From Protoeuglena noctilucae (lineage: Eukaryota): a stretch of 64,000 bases of DNA. The notes under the pieces were generated by a model. It was given only the letters and a program-made list of their open reading frames with translations. It searched no databases and was not told the origin of the DNA. Of this stretch, positions 1 through 12,413 are shown one piece after another; within the stretch, counting starts at the first letter, position 1, and every line of letters starts with the position of its first letter. A program made the position numbers and the translations under genes. The stretch is taken from contig OY253668.1 in NCBI GenBank assembly GCA_958009085.1, forward strand, positions 682,001 through 746,000. The letters are read 5' to 3'.

Positions 1-2129
1 CGGGGGGCTGGCGCATGCGCATCTCCCTGGCCCGCGCGCTCTACATCACCCCGACCCTGCTGCTCCTGGACGAGCCGACCAACCACCTGGACCTGCGTGC
101 CGCTCTGTGGCTCGAGGAGTACCTCTGCCGCTACAAGAAGACCCTCGTGGTCGTCTCACACAACCGGGACTTCCTCAACACTATCACGACCGGTGAGCGT
201 GCCAGGGGCAGACCCACGCGGCTGTGTGACCCTGCCGCAGCACGCCGCTGCCAGCAGACCGCTGCCACCGCCACCCTTCATGCGTGTGAGGAAGCAATCC
301 ATAGCCCGCGCCTCCCCGCAGACATCATCCACCTGCACGACCTCCAGCTGTACCAGTACAAGGGCAACTTTGAGCAGTTCGAGGAGATGTACGAGCAGCG
401 GCGCAAGCAGGTCAACAAGGACTACGAGAAGTACACCAAGCAGGCGAGTGGGGGAATATGAGGAATGCACCAAGCAGGCGAGTTGGGAATTTGATAAGCA
501 TATCATGCTGATTTGTCAGGATGCAAGCTCTGTTCCTGCCACCCGCCCTCCGGCCCACCCACGCACGCCCACCGTCCCCTTGTCTTCCTTGCAGCTCAAG
601 GCGGCCAAGTCCGCGGGTGACAAGAACAAGGCGAAGGACCTGGAGGCGAAGGCGAAGAAGGACGCCCAGAAGAAGGGGAGCAAGAAGGGCGCGAGGCAGG
701 GTATGGACGCAGCTGAGGACGTCGTGACCACCGCCCCCCGCAAGTGGCACGACTACACGGTCAGTTTTGCCTTCCCGGAGCCCACGGAGCTGCAGCCGCC
801 GCTCATCCAGCTCACGGACGTGGACTTCAAGTACCCAGGTGAGACCCGGAATGGGGTTTGATTGCAGGGGTGGGCGAGAGGGGTGGAGGGTGGTCTGTTG
901 GTGAGATGAGCACCGGGGATGATCATGCGTTGCTCAGGGCACAACATGGGGAAGGTGGAGAGTTGATGGGCACCTGACGGGAGTGCTATGGCTTGCTTGG
1001 TGCCACCGACACCCATTGAGCCAATTTGTCATCCCGGGGTTGCAGGCCGTGACGACTTTGGGCTGAACAACATCAACTTGGGGATCGACATGGGGAGCCG
1101 CGTGGCGGTGGTGGGGCCCAACGGAGGCGGCAAGTCCACCCTGATGAACCTGCTGGTGAGACGAGGCCTGGGGCATGCGGGATGTGTCATTCGTTGCCGA
1201 TGTTATTTGGTTGCAACGCGTCCTTGGTACTGTGCCTTATCTCCTCCGCCACCCTCGCGCAGTCGGGCGACTTGGAGCCCGTGTCTGGCTGGGGCAAGCG
1301 GGACCCGAAGCTGCGCATTGGCCGGTACAACCAGCACTTTGTGGACGCGCTGGTCATGGACGACACGCCCGTCTCGTATCTGATGAGCAAGTTCTCGGGG
1401 GAGGTGGAGGGCCTCAACATCGAGATGGTTCGGATGATGCTGGGGAGGTTCGGGCTGTCGGGGCACCACCACTTGCAGCCCATCCTGAAGCTGTCAGGTG
1501 AGGGAGGGGCGGTGTGCACTTGCAGCCACCTGCACTGGCAGCCCTTCGTAATGCCTCACCACCACAAACCATGCATCGGCAGCCCTGATACCTTATCAGC
1601 GTCACCGTTGCAAGCTCTCACGATGCTCTGTGACTGCAGCATCGCCGTTGCAAGCTCTCGCCTTTCTCCGCGACTTGCAGGTGGGCAGAAGGCCCGCGTG
1701 GTGTTCACGGCCATCTGCCTGTCCCGCCCACACATCCTGCTCCTGGACGAGCCGACCAACCACCTGGACATGGAGTCGATCGACGCGCTGGGCGAGGCAA
1801 TCGAGGAGTTCAGCGGGGGCGTGGTCATCATCTCCCACGACGCGCGACTCCTCAGCACCGTGTGCGCGGACGAGGAGCGGTCCGAGGTGTGGATCGTGGA
1901 GGACGGGAAGCTCAAGTTTTACAAGGGAACGTTCGAGGATTACCGGTGAGGATGGCGACGACTGACGACTGCGGTGTGCGACAGGGGCTGAGTTGGTGCG
2001 CTCTCGTTGGGCGGTGGGCGTGGCAGGGAGCGAGTCGTTTGGTGTTGCGAGCTGCTCGAGTCCCGCGTTGCTGTCCCCCGCAGAGACGAGCTCATCCGGG
2101 AGATCGTGGCGGAGATGGAGGAGAGCTGA
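1..2129 (+). CDS. ABC-F family ATPase (ABCF4-like), 5'-truncated, about 7 exons
   Basis: Two NBDs: [42 protein letters not shown]. No TM domain. Stop TGA 2127-2129. Confidence 0.92.
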
Positions 2130-2476
2130 GGGACGTGGCAGGGGCAGGGCCTGCAAACGATTCGGTGTGTGTTTGGGTGGTGAAGTGCATGGGGGGTCGT
2201 CTCCACGGTGCCAGTCTGTTTTCAACGGGTGCCTGCCTTGGATTCAAAATGCAAGCGTTCGAGCGGGGCGCTCTGCCGCCCCTGGATGGGCTGTGGCATG
2301 TGTGGACTCATGTCTACCCTTTGAAAAGTGGTTTGAGAGTACAAGATACACTGAGAAAGGGTGCGTGAATGTGCAAGAGGTAGAAAATAAGCTACAGCAA
2401 GTGCGAGCGACACCACAAAAGTCCGCCAAGGAAAGCATAGCACAAAGGGCGACGAGGGAGCGCATGAGAGCGTCAT

Positions 2477-5400
2477 TCAGTGGATCGTGTCAGCCATCCC
2501 CTGGCCCCATGCGCCCAGCAGCTCGTCGATAGCCAGCCTCTCTCCGGCATCCGCTCTCACGCCCCCGTCTCTCTCCGATGTCCGAGGCCTCACTGACCGG
2601 TCCTCTACGTGCCCGGCAGGAGGGGCCGACGATCGCAAGGGCCCTGGGCCCTGACCAGCACTCGAGCCGGGTGCAGGACTGAAACCCGGACTGGCCCCGG
2701 AGTCACTGGGAGACGCACCGGGGTCCGCCTTCCCTTGCCTCCCCGCCCTCGCCAGCAGGGCTTTCTTCAGCGCCACTCCACGCGTGGCGGCTTTCCGCAC
2801 GTCACCCCTCGCGCACACTTGCACGGGAGGCTCGAACGTCGCCTGCGGAGTCGCTTGTGTCACCAACCCCTGCTCAGCTACCTCCTGCCCACCCTCGCCT
2901 TCCCCGTCGACACCGTCACCCAACGGCGCAGACAGAGCAGAGACCACCAGGCCCAGGTGCGCGGGCAGAGCGACGCGGAAGCGCTCGTTGTCGACCGCCC
3001 TCGCGCGCACGCGCCTCTCGCTCTTGTGGGCCGTGGTGGCCGGCAGCACGAAATGTGCCAGGCCGTACTCGTGATGGGAAGCGGCCCCGTCCCCGCCCAC
3101 GCGATCCCATGAGAAGGGGTCCGAGGACCCACCGGCCGGCGGCGCCGACTCAAAGGCGGGCGGTGGCTCCCCGTGAATGCAAGGGACGTAGCCCTCCGGC
3201 CGCAGCACGATTGCGTGCCAGGGGACGCCAGAACGTGACGTGCCACGCCGACCACCTTCCCCCTGGGCAGTCACCCCGTCCTCGGCGCCGTCGCTGACAC
3301 CTCCCCTTGCGCTTCCCCCGACGGGATGCACCACTGGGGTCGAGGTGGGCGCAGTTGCGGCACCGGTGGCCGTCTCCGTATTGGCGAGAGCCACGACCGC
3401 AGAGTCTCCTGAAGAAAGACTCACGCACAGCATTGCGCATATACCATCGACGCCTGTAAGCCCCTCTCCCGCGACCCCGGCGCCCCGCGCCCTGCTCGCA
3501 TCGACACCCCACGCGTTCTGCACCGCACCGGCGCCGCCCCCATCGTGCTTTGAATTGCCGCCCCTCAAATGCGCAGCAATGTCCCGCGTGACGTCGCTGT
3601 CGACGATCCCTGCCGGCCCAGCGCGGGAGTCCTGTTGCTTCAGGCCGATGTCAGACCTGCCGGTGTCAGGGACGGTCGTGTCAGGAAGGACCCACATCCT
3701 GGCCAGGTCGGGGCCCGCTGCACCCATGGCCGTCCAGCACACGCCAGACAGGCCCCGCGCTCGAGGGTACGTCCCAGGCGTGTCCGGCAGCGCGATGCGG
3801 CTGCCCAGCACCTCGAGCTCCCTCTCCCTGCGAACGCGAGCGACGTGGCAGCTGCTGAGATGTGACACTCGCTACCACCGCTTCACCAGCATGTGCATCT
3901 GACCAGCGCCTGCCAGCAACGCAGCAGTGGCTGTTGTCAAAATCAATGATGTTGCATAACACTCTCTCTCACCCCAGGATCGTCTCTGGGTGCCTGGCCA
4001 AGTCGACGGTCCGCACAGACGCCGCGTCCTCCACGTCCCACGTCCCCTCGCGCACCCGCACGGCGCCCAGGGAGCGGGGCGGGCCCAACGACTGCACGCG
4101 CGCCGCCCGCAGAGGGCGCCACGTCCTCGGCGGCCGCCCCGCCGCCAGCGCCGCCGCCAGCTCCTCCGCGTCGATGTTTCGGGCATCCTCGGCCCCTCCA
4201 GCCCAGACGTGGACCCCCTGCCCTCGTAGGCCCCGCCTGGGCATCGGCTCCATCGCCGCCAGTGACCCCGTGTCGCTCACGGCGAACGGGAAGACCACCA
4301 CGTCGTCGCAGCTGTCGAAGACGGCAGCCACGGCCCCGAGGACAGGCGCGGGGACACCGTAAGTGCCGCCGCCCACCGCGGGCGCAGCGTCGTTTCTGGC
4401 AGAGCCCAGCACAGCGACTGACACGGCTCGGGGGCGGCAGGGTGCCACGGGGCTCTGCCACGCCAGGACAGGCGTCTGCGGCCGCCGGGAGTCGACGAGG
4501 AGCACGCGGAGCGTCGAGGCGACGACCAGGAGGTTGTCGAGAAGCTCAGCGATTGGGAGGGATGCGTACGACTGGGGTTGGCCCAGGCCCGCCGGGAACA
4601 TCGGCCGCTGCAGGCACCACGCCGTCTCGCCCTCCTGCAGCTCCATCGCCGCGTCCCACTTCGACTCCCGCGCTGAGCCTCGGTGCTCCGCGCCATCGTC
4701 ACCCTCCCCGTCCCCAGGGTCATCGTCAGCACCACCCGCCGCAGCTGCGACCCCGCCTGGGGCCCTTGCGGCGGTCGCGTCGGCACATGCCCAGCTGCCC
4801 AGCTCGGGCGGCGCGGCACGGAGCATGTCACGCAGCCCCGCCGGGGTGAGGTGCGTGGACGGTGCCTCTCCCTGTGGGCCCCGCGCCCGCGGCCGGCCCT
4901 CCGCCCGGTCGTCCGATTGCAGGCCGTCTGATCCTCGACGGTCCAAATGCCACACGACGCCGTCGCAAACCACGATCGCCATGTCAACCGTGGCGCCATA
5001 TGCGGCCACGCAGGTGCCTGGACTCTCGGGCCCTGCATGGCGCAGTGGCAAGGGACGAGGGCACGGTCGGCGGGGTGGCTTATCAGCAAGGAGCGGCGAT
5101 GAGGCGAAGGACGGAGAAGCGGATGCTCCAGATGCATGCCGTTCCAATGGCCCACCACCCCAGAGCGCTCTCACCTCTCCGTGCGTCATCCGCCGCAGGG
5201 GCCGCCTCGCCGCTGGCGCCAGCGTGCCCTTCGTGACCCGGAACTCTCGTCCACGCAAGCGCCCTCAGGCGCAGGCACCAGGCCCACCCGCCCACGCTCG
5301 CTGTCGCAGGAATGGCCGCGCCGGACAGAGTCTCGGCTGCGATGGCGCCCCAGCACGCCTCGAGCGCGCCGCCGGCGTCAATCTCAAGCAGCCACCCCGT

Positions 5401-6478
5401 CTCCGTCGCCAGCAGCAGCCGCGGCTGCCGAGGGGCCCACTGGGCGTCCGTGAGCCGCCCCAGGGCACCCTGGTCGCCCCCCACGTCGTCCAGGTCGGCG
5501 ATGCCCACGACCTCCGCCCGCAGAGTGGCGGTGCTCAAGCGGCCCGACGTCCACACGGCCACCACCGCGACGCTGGTCAGAGACCGCACGGCGAGGAGGG
5601 CGATGTCCGTGGACCGTCCCGAGGTGGGGGGGCCGGCGAGGCTGCCGGCCGCTTCCCCGATAATGCGCGGGGCGAAGGACAGCTGCATGACAGCCCGGCC
5701 GGTCGGGAGGGCATGGATGGTTTCGAACTTGGCACCGCCGGGGCTGCTGGGAAGGGCATGGAGGGCCACCACGTCACCGCCAGCCCCGCACACGGATGCC
5801 GTCACCGCTACGCGCCGCATTCCGCCGACGGCGAGGGACCTCTCGAAGACGACGGTCGCGCTCGCATTCCCCGCCAGTGCGTCACCGCGCAACCGCGCCC
5901 TTGTGTCCACCGCGTTGCTCTGCGAATCACGAACAGCATAGATGCGGAAGCCAAACCGGTGCATATCTCGACAGAACGCGGCAAGATCGCCACGCACCAG
6001 GAGGGGGCGCAGCACGTTGCTGTCCACATGCTGCCCAGGGCCGAGGGCGGCCTGCGCCGCGTCGACGCTCTTGCGGACAGGGTCAGTGTTCGCTGCCGCT
6101 CTCTGCTGCGTGGTTGAGTCCTCAGATAGCCTGAGAAGGATGGCAGGAGAGGGACACGAATGCAGGCGCCGGTTGGTGGCAGGTCGGTGTCTCTAGAAGC
6201 AGGAAAGCAGCGCCATACCTGGGACACGACGCCAAGGTCACGACGCCGACAGCCGGGCGCAGGGCCAGGCGCGGAACCGCCTCGGCCTGTGATGCACGGC
6301 GGGCGGGAGCAATGCTGAGCCCAAGCCACCGCAATGCGAGTTCCCACGTGGCGGCGCTGCATGGAAGCATAATCACCTGTCCTAAACATCGGTCCCTGTC
6401 AACGCTGGCGGCGTCGTGCTCGCGGAGGAGGGGCCAGGGGACCCCCCCTCTCGAGCCTGTGCGCACATCGCCCTGCAT
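2477..6478 (-). CDS. Large multi-exon protein, probably TAF1C/RRN6-like (RNA Pol I SL1 subunit, beta-propeller)
   Basis: Spliceable long ORFs. LLVDSRRPQTPVLAWQ resembles the plant TAF1C LLxDVRKPxxPVLQW segment, and LTDAQWAPRQPRLLLATETG looks like a propeller blade. Exon structure is partly uncertain. Confidence 0.5.
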
Positions 6479-6970
6479 CTCCGGTGGCAGGTCGTCGGGC
6501 AGCTACATCGCCTCCCCGATCTCCAAAACGTTGTATCCATGCACTGCGTCATGCGCTGGGCGAATCCGGTGAGCCGCCCGATCCCCAGGGCATCCCTGGC
6601 ATGCTGTGCCCCCCAAGTCTTCTTGAAAGCATGGTGGATGACCAGCTCGTCACGACATCTCCATCAGCAGACTAGTGAGGCAGCTTGCGCATCTCAGAGT
6701 TGCGGGGTTTGATCATGCGTGGCAAAATGCTGTCGGAAACAACTAGGGCGAGATCAGATCTCGATGGCGATGTCGATGAGACTGCTTGGCACTTTTTCCT
6801 GCTTAGCTCGATCCCTGTGTACTGCGAAAGACAGCTGGAAGGACCGCAAAGGGGCACGGCTGAAGAGTTCAAAAAAACAACGCGACAAATTCGTCCGTCG
6901 CTGACCCGCGTGGCAATCTCACGCCTTCCTCCCTGTCGGGACCTGCACGGGCGCAGAGCCGGCCCTCTTA

Positions 6971-8149
6971 ATGGCGCAGGCGCAGGCGAACGTGATCACG
7001 CTGCGGGGTAGCGCGGCCATCATTGCCGAGTTCTTCGGGTACGCGGTGAACAAGTGAGTCAGACGGCCCCCAATTGACGCGAGATGTTATTGAGGCTGAT
7101 AAGAGCTCGAGACAGGGAGGCGCGGCGCCGGCGGCGATCGCCCATGCAGCGCTGACAACGAACTTCGCATTGCTGCGCCATCCAGCAGCCGCGCGCTTCG
7201 CCCGAGAGCTTCCACCGCTGACCTGTGCGCAGCATACTCTACCAGCGGGGCATCTACCCCGCAGACTCCTTCGAGGCGAGGAAGAAGTACGGGTGAGTAG
7301 AGGCGCCCATCCAATGAGAGGCGCTCTTGTCCCTAAAGTGCAGCGGGGAAGGGGGACTCGCGTGGGCCGTGGAGTGAGCTCGTGAGATCGCGCGCAGGCT
7401 CTCCATCATGATTGCCTCGGACGATGGCCTGACGAAGTATTTGGGGACGGTGCTGACCCAGATTTCGGACTGGATGGAACAGGGCTCCCTGCAGAAGCTC
7501 GTCCTTGTCATCTCGTCCCTGTCGTCGTCAGAGGCGAGCTCGGCCGCTGGTCGCCCCCATCACACCGAGTGGCTGCTCCGTCGTCCCCAGCAGTGCCGCA
7601 GCGCCCGTCGTTACCCAGCATGTTGCCCTATCCACGCAGGTTCTCGAGAGGTGGACCTTCGACATCAGGCAAGAGGTGGACAAGGACGGGGTCCGCGTCG
7701 CCACGAGCGACAAGCCCGAGAAGGAGATCCAGTCGGAAATCGCAGGCGCGTGGCTGAGCTGGGTGCAAAGCAACCCCCGCCTAGTGACGCCGCTCCTCTG
7801 GGATGCCACCAGTTGCTCTCACCCCACGCAGCCATCATCCGGCAAATCACGGCTAGCGTCACGTTCCTGCCGCTGATCGAGGAGGCGTGCTCCTTCGATC
7901 TCCTCGTCTACGCGGACAAGCACGCCGAGGTGCCCAAGACCTGGGAGGACTCAGACCCAAGGTGCTGCTGCCGCCGCAAGAGCCTGTGTCCCACCGCTTG
8001 GTCGCCGAGGGGAGCAGCCGTGGCGACGGACATGCGCACTCCTCCGCCACCTCAGGTACATTACCGACTCGGCGGAGGTCAAGCTGCGGTCCTTCAGCAC
8101 CAAAGTGCACCGGGTCGAGTCAATGGTGGCCTACAAGCGCGGGGGATAA
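6971..8149 (+). CDS. MAD2: Spindle checkpoint protein MAD2 (HORMA domain), 6 exons
   Basis: ITLRGSAAIIAEFFGYAV, ILYQRGIYP, VLERWTFDI, IIRQITASVTFLP, FDLLVY, LRSFSTKVHRV. Two GC-AG introns. Confidence 0.96.
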
Positions 8150-8263
8150 AGCACCTGGCACGATACCCCGCCAGTCTGTGTATGCTGAGAGTCTGTGTCG
8201 CTCCTTTCTCGAGTCCTGTTTCCCATCATCATCTGCTCGTCTTCCTGCCGAATCTGCTGCAAG

Positions 8264-9008
8264 ATGCAGGCCCTCGGACGCCTCTTCGCCACCCCTAGCG
8301 CAGCCTCCACCAGCAGCTGCGTGCCCGCGGGTCGGCGGACGGCCGTCCGCGTGTGCGCGCACAAAGTGAAGATTGCCACTAAGAGCGGGGAGGTCAGGGA
8401 GCTTGAGGTCCCCGATGGCACGACGATCCTCGAGGCAGCGCTCGACGCAGGTGAAAATCTGGGCGGCAGGCTCAGAGCAGGCTGCCGGACCGACGCCTCC
8501 GACTCCACTGTCTCTAGACTTACACTGCGCCAGCAAGCGATGGTCTGTGAAGGCTTCTCGCGAGGCGTACATGGTCGCGCCCACGTGCCATTTATCCAAC
8601 GCGTGGAGCCACAGGGCGGGCACGCCGCCCGAGGCCCACGCTCTCAAAAGCGTACGTTTATTTATGTCGGCCTCACGCGCCGCTCCTTGAGCTCCGTCGC
8701 GCCTTCCGTGCCGCAGGGCTGGACGTCTCCCACGACTGCAAGATGGGCGTCTGCATGACGTGCCCGGCCAAGATGGTGTCCGGCTCTGTCAACCAATCGG
8801 CTGGAATGCTTTCTGAGGACGTGCAGCAGCAGGGCTACGTGCTGCTCTGCGTCGCTCAGCCGTTGGGAGACTGTGAAATCAGGTGTGGGTGGGGCAGGGC
8901 TGGCCCGCGCGGCCAAGCCAGGACAGGCACGTGTACAGATGGCCGTTTCGCGCTTTGGCACGCAGGGAGATTGAGGAGGAGGAGCTGCTGGACGTCCAGC
9001 TGGCATGA
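8264..9008 (+). CDS. Plastid [2Fe-2S] ferredoxin, FdC1-like, 3 exons
   Basis: Transit-peptide-like N-terminus; TILEAALDAG|LDVSHDCKMGVCMTCPAK (Cx4Cx2C); GYVLLCVAQP; C-terminal extension EIEEEELLDVQLA. Confidence 0.9.
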
Positions 9009-9150
9009 AGGACCACAGGTGCCCCCTGGCTCCTGTGGCCCCGATGCTCGTTGCCACGGCGCGATACTTCTTTGTTAAGCCTCTGCTTATCACTGCGCTC
9101 TCTCTGCTCTGTCCTAGTCTAGAACACTGCATGTCGGCGGTGGCCAGCCC

Positions 9151-10272
9151 TCATGCGGCCACGGGCAACCCCACCGCTTGCTGAATGAAGCTCATCACAG
9201 TCGCAATCTCCCCCTCGAGGACGCTGGCGCTCCCCTGCGTCACTTTGGCCGGACAGGCGTCCAGGCTGAACTTGCCCGGCTCTTGCCTCCCGAGTGCCGA
9301 CCGATGCGTGCGTGTCCCCGCCGTGTCCGCCATCGATTCGCGGGACTCCAGGAGCTTCTGCAAATCAGAAAAGGAAGCGTTGAACAGCGTCAAGGGCGGT
9401 CCATCTGAAGGCCCACTGTTAGGCCTGCCACCTCCCCGTGACACCACACCTGGATCTCCTGCTCGAGCTTCTTCTTGATGTATCCTTGGGAGTGGCACTT
9501 GGCCCCCAAGTCGCTCTTGTTGGTGCAGAGGAGGACGGGCACCCGCGCGCCTGACATGGCCCGCGACCCGGCAGTGTCGAGGAAGAGCTGCGGGGGTGGC
9601 ACGGCTGCCGCGTCAGTCAACGGCGCTCGGTCAACCCCGTGCGACACGTCACCGGGCGGTCCGTCGCACCTCGCCGATCGCCCGCACGTTGGGATTGAAG
9701 TCCGACCCGTCGATGAGGAGTACGAGGCACGTCGCCGACCACAGCAGCTCAGCGAGGCCCGCCCGGAGCTTGGGGTGCCCGGGCCAAGCTACGAGCGTGA
9801 CTTCCCGAGTCTTCCCGTACGCGCCGGACACCCTCCAGTCCCTCCGAACGTTGGGCTCGAGGGACATCACCGTCTTCCCCGCCTTCCCGTGGACGAGGAG
9901 GTTGAAGAGCGCCGTCTTGCCCGCGCCCGGCGGACCCACGACAAGCACCACGTCTCTGCGGTCACAGTGAGGCGCACGCGGGTCCGCGCGCGCGTGCCCC
10001 TGGGCGCATTTTGCACGCCAAGGTACGGCCGACACCCACCTCTTCTTGCCACCCCCGGTGGCGATGAAGGCCGTTGCCCCTAGCAGCGCGACGAGGACGA
10101 GGGTGAGGAGGACAAGGATCATGGCCATGGCGAGGTCCGAGCCCGTGACGCTGGGCGGCAGAATTCCGCGCAGAAGAGGCCGGATCATCACGGCCAGCGA
10201 TGCCGCGACGCCCGATGGCTGCTGGGATGGGGTGACCCGGCCACCCGCCAGCGGTATGGCGGCCTTGCTCAT
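9151..10272 (-). CDS. SRPRB: Signal recognition particle receptor beta subunit
   Basis: N-terminal TM anchor; P-loop GPPGAGKT; PGHPKLR; G4 TNKSD; IKKKLEQEI. Confidence 0.85.
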
Positions 10273-10698
10273 GGCGCTCGCCGTCCGTCCGCGCGGTGGA
10301 GGGAGGGTCGATGGTAGTGCGGTGCTGAGACTCAAGTCAGCCACACATTGGCCGCAGGAAACAGCCGCCGTGCCGAGCTTTGGTCGGCTGCTTAGGTGCC
10401 CACAACGCGTCGCTGACGGCGTGTTCCGACGCATTTCGCTGGGCCGCGGGGAGCTGTTCCGCCATGCCCGACACACCCGTGCGCTAACACGATTGCATTC
10501 AAACCACGGTGCGGGTTCTGGCTGTTACTCGCCTGTCGACGCGTCAACTAGGGTGGCCAACCGTTCACGCCGTATCGGAGCAAAACCTGGACACCAGTGG
10601 AGATCCGCGGCCGGCCTTCCGATTCCTTATTGTCGTTTCTGCCAGTGTGTGCGCCAACTCCGCCGCGGACCGACCAGCTGGCTGGAACGGTCGGGCCA

Positions 10699-11950
10699 AT
10701 GGGAGACCAGCTCGCCCCGGGCGCTCTAGGCGGGCAAGCCGGCGTCCCGTCCCCTCCCCAGCCCTTCCCGGCTCGTCAGGAGCCTGTGCTGTACGCCGCG
10801 GACGTTCAGCCGGCCCTGGATACGCTGCAGATCAGCAAAAGCACCTTCCGCAACTCGCTCCGACGGGCATGGCGGGAGAAGCTCCTGTTGGCCGAGCGCA
10901 TCCTGCTCATCGGTGCCTGGGTGGTTGGCTTCGTGGCCTTCCTGCTAGGCTGCGCATACTCAGGCAAGGCCCTTGTGAGCAGGCTGGGTGTGGCGTACAA
11001 CGTGTGCTTTCATGTTGGGCTCCATGGTGGGGTGTGGCGTGCACCGTCTCCTCTCATGCTCCATGGTCGAGGTCCATGCACCCGCTGCAGGTCTCGCTGT
11101 GCCCCGCACAAACGAGCAAGCGCTCGCCTGGGTCGCGCGGTGCTACGAGTCAGACACGAGCAACGGCAACGACACCCTCGACCCTGCCACCAGCCCCAAC
11201 ACATTCGCGTGGGCAAACGTCACCCACACTCAGATTGGGAGCCTCCCATCCGTCGGCCGCGCACGCGATGCTGAGAAGCTGGCCTCTGCAGCGCTCGTCA
11301 TGCTCCTAATCTCCTTTGTGGTCGCCGTCATCATCGGCAGGTGTAGGTTCGGTGAGAGGGGAAAGGGTTGCCGTGGCGCACCTGTTGACGACGCCCGCAT
11401 GGGTGCGCGACCATGCTGACGAGTCGTGATCCCGCAGATGGTCAGCAGGCGTGCCGGTGCTGCAACGGGAGCATGTCCGTCTGGTCGGCAGCTTCGCTCA
11501 TCCTAGGGACAGTGCTCACCATCATTGTGCTTATCGTCTATGCTGTGGCACGCACCAGCGAAGCCCTGTGGGCGGACTGCAACGGCGCGGCATGGCACTC
11601 CGAGGCGGCCATGTGAGTCGGGCAGCCTGGGCGTGCAAGCGCGGCTATCTGCTGGCTGGTGGCAGGTGCCAGCTTGTGCCTGCCGGTGGCCGATGGCGTC
11701 CCTGCCCTGAGCTGGCGTACCTTCCGCCTCTCACAGGGCCAAGCAGAAGAATTACCGTGGCCCGTACAACAACCCTCGGGCCGTGCATGCCGCTGGCTAC
11801 GGAGGGGCTGCGTTCGTCGGCCTCGTGGCGGTGGTCCTCCTCGCGGCACATTCCATGTTCGGGGCCCTGGCCGCCGCCTACCGCGACGACGGACCGCGTG
11901 GAGCAGTCGTCGTCGTGACTGGGACCCCAGTCCCAGCGCAGAGCGTTTAG
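10699..11950 (+). CDS. Four-TM membrane protein, claudin/PMP22-like topology, 4 exons
   Basis: The spliced ORF gives four hydrophobic segments with a larger first loop and a CRCC motif. The frame requires a GC donor at 10964. Confidence 0.6.
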
Positions 11951-12413
11951 GGCGTCAGCCTTGTGTCAGGCACGTGGCAGGCAGTGCGCGTGGGGCACCA
12001 GCGCCCTTGTGTCAGAGCTTGCAGAGTCCGCGTAGATCTGGCTAGAATCCGCTTTACACTTCGCTGTCTTCTACTTGAATGCTGCACGGAGCAAGAGAGA
12101 TTCACCGGTGGACAAGGTCACTGTTCTGCAGCGCGCTCACACGTGGCGCTCCAAGTCACGCGTCCTTTCGGGTGAGTTTGCCCGCACGTGCATCTCATCC
12201 AAAAGCACGATCTCTTGGGGATTTGGCTCCACCCCCGCAGCGTCCTGTTCGATGCAGCAACGGGCGCGTTAACAGCCGTGCAGTTTTGTCTTTTTGCGGC
12301 TTGCGTGGCCTCCCGCGCTGCCTTCCGTCATCGGCAGCAGCATCATATGCTCAGAACTGTTTCCTCCGAAGGGAAGCGAAGGCACCGCCGCCTCGACTCG
12401 GCCCGGCAACGCC

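Noticed and set aside
839..1045. Possible intronic C/D snoRNA in ABCF (atgatc...cctga)
   Set aside because: No canonical RTGATGA C box, no terminal stem and no guide I can recognise.
4363..6117. 584-aa plus-strand ORF and many other long R/A/P/G-rich ORFs
   Set aside because: Shadow frames of genes on the opposite strand or in another frame; stop codons are rare at this GC content and no motifs are present.
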